From: Phoronis australis
Lineage: Eukaryota > Animalia > Phoronida
Direction: 5' to 3'
DNA length: 64,000 nucleotides
NCBI GenBank assembly: GCA_002633005.1
Contig: NMRA01000261.1
Coordinates: forward strand, 434,001-498,000
Shown here piece by piece: positions 62,344-64,000 of this stretch (its first letter is position 1; the number at the start of each line of letters is the position of its first letter). The notes below the pieces were generated by a model, which was not told the origin of the DNA, ran no database searches, and saw only the letters and a program-made list of their open reading frames with translations. Position numbers and translations under genes: made by a program.

Positions 62344-63226
62344 CAGTGGCGGATCTAGGATATCACAAGGGGGGACAAAACCCCCTCCCGCCCAAGAAAT
62401 TTTTCTGTTATTACCCCTAAAAATCAAGTATTTTCCTTGATTCCTGAAGACAAAAGAGAAAATTAACGGAGAACGTGTCGAACAGAAAAAACTGCAAGAA
62501 CCTAAGACTCGAACTCACGACCTGGCGGATAGAGCGCGCGTGCGTTACCACTACACCACCATAACTTAACTATTAACTGCTTTCTAAGAGACCTACTTAT
62601 TTATGGTCCACAGCGTTTGCGCGCGAAACCTACTTCTTTTTGTAATACTTATTACACGTTTTATATTTTGTGCCATCAATTCTTAACAAATTTGTCGTCT
62701 TTAAAATAGTCTTCAAATGCCCAAAAGACCAAATCCGTTTTTCGTGTTGGCAATAATGACGGGATTGCTTTGGAAATCGTCTTAAGATAAGGTTTGACAA
62801 AGAGAGTATTGCGAGTTTCTGAGTGATTCACTAAGGCGTCGATTAAAATTCACATCTTACCAGCAGCTTCTGTTTTTTCATCGTCACTCAGGTTCCATTT
62901 TCTTTAAAAAATGAAATAAATTTTCTTCATTGCACAGTGGAGCAGACGACGGAAACGGAGTCGTAGTGTGCAGCGCCACTGCCGGTCGCCTGGGATATCG
63001 CAGGAGACCCTACACTTAGCCATAGTTCAGTTACGAATGCGTCGTGTTCCGAATTTGACACTTGAAATTTGATTTTTATTCCCCCCAACACTAAAACTGC
63101 ACACATTTAAATCTTTTTTCATCCGGGGTTAATTAATAAACTCAACATTTCCCTACGCTCTTACTGTTTTATTTTTTTTGCGGCAGCCAAGGGGGGGGCC
63201 CTGGGCCCCCCCTAAATCCGCCTATG
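62344..63226 (+). mobile_element. hAT-like non-autonomous element (~880 bp) with apparent 5-bp TSD TTGCA
   Basis: TIR CAGTGGCGGATCTAGG / CCTAAATCCGCCTATG with G/C-run subtermini; TTGCA on both flanks (62339-43, 63227-31); second copy at 25455-26098. Confidence 0.8.
62499..62560 (-). other. tRNA-like segment with Pol III A and B boxes inside the hAT-like element
   Basis: Minus strand GGTGGTGTAGTGGTAACGCACGCGCGCTCTATCCGCCAGGTCGTGAGTTCGAGTCTTAGG: A box TGGTGTAGTGG, B box GTTCGAGTC; no intact acceptor or anticodon stem. Confidence 0.55.
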
Positions 63227-63631
63227 TTGCAACAAATGAAAGATTTTTGCAATTACTTTTTCCAAAAGTAACTGCAGAATCACGACTTAACTGAGACAAA
63301 AATACGTCATTAGAAATAGCGGCTCTTTGTCAAGAGGGGAATTTTTGTTAAATAACAAGCATCGAAATGGCGCAATTGTGGTTTGAAAATGTTGACTCTT
63401 ACCCACGATATCGGAAATTCCCACACACACAACTTGAATATATCGTTGATGTATAAATAGCACTGAAGTCAAATATAGTCTTACATAGGCCGCGCGCCCC
63501 CGCTGTTTAGTAGCACGTGGTCTCATGCACGTTCCTTTACTAAATTATTATAGACCAGCCTCGTCTCAAGCCTCAAGATAGCGTTAATCGGTTTAGCCTT
63601 TTGATTCTTGGTTTTGGGAATTACCTTCTGT

Positions 63632-63880
63632 GCAATGATTGGTCGCTGCCTTGACGTCATTAAAACAAAGACAGATTTTAGTTATTTTCACAGTCGTTGT
63701 TCCTGCAATTCATGAAACAGAAGGCATGGTCTTGGTTATTGTTTGAAATAAAGGTTGTTGGTGTGCTTATTTTCAATTCTTTTTTTGCTAGTAGTATCAT
63801 AGAAATAATCTCTTTTCTAATCAAAATACGTGATTTTTGCAATAATTTGCTGCAATATACCGTCAGTTTTCAAAATTACT
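63632..63880 (+). repeat. Dispersed repeat, copy 2 (see 46008-46285)
   Basis: Direct-repeat similarity. Confidence 0.8.
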
Positions 63881-64000
63881 CGTAAAAATGTGTCAGAATT
63901 CTGACACATTTCATTTCCAAAGCCACAACCGATCAGCGTCATATTGAGGCTTGGGGACGAGGTTGATTATAGACCGGCAGCCCAGAGCACTTAGCATAGA

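Overview
Eukaryotic, intron-rich, AT-rich genomic DNA whose repeat content suggests a marine invertebrate (inference only). There is one 10-N assembly gap at 16891-16900. The first 19 kb hold the last 12 coding exons of an XRCC1 ortholog on the + strand. I assembled these by hand into one open frame of 458 aa with GT-AG splice sites, covering the end of the N-terminal domain, BRCT1, the CK2 linker and BRCT2; the 5' exons lie upstream of the window. The remaining ~45 kb are mostly decayed mobile elements: Helentron-associated HINEs, a Tc2/pogo-like element, nested Kolobok elements with a THAP relic, hAT-like elements, an Academ-like transposase relic, HERO/NeSL, Penelope and CR1/L2 retroelement relics, satellites and microsatellites. 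A probable first coding exon of a second gene, encoding a signal peptide, lies at 60497-60659. The most unusual feature is an ~18-copy 25-bp tandem array built from an XRCC1 3' splice site itself. No prokaryote-type systems (CRISPR, operons) are supported. All calls come from reading the sequence; no searches were run.
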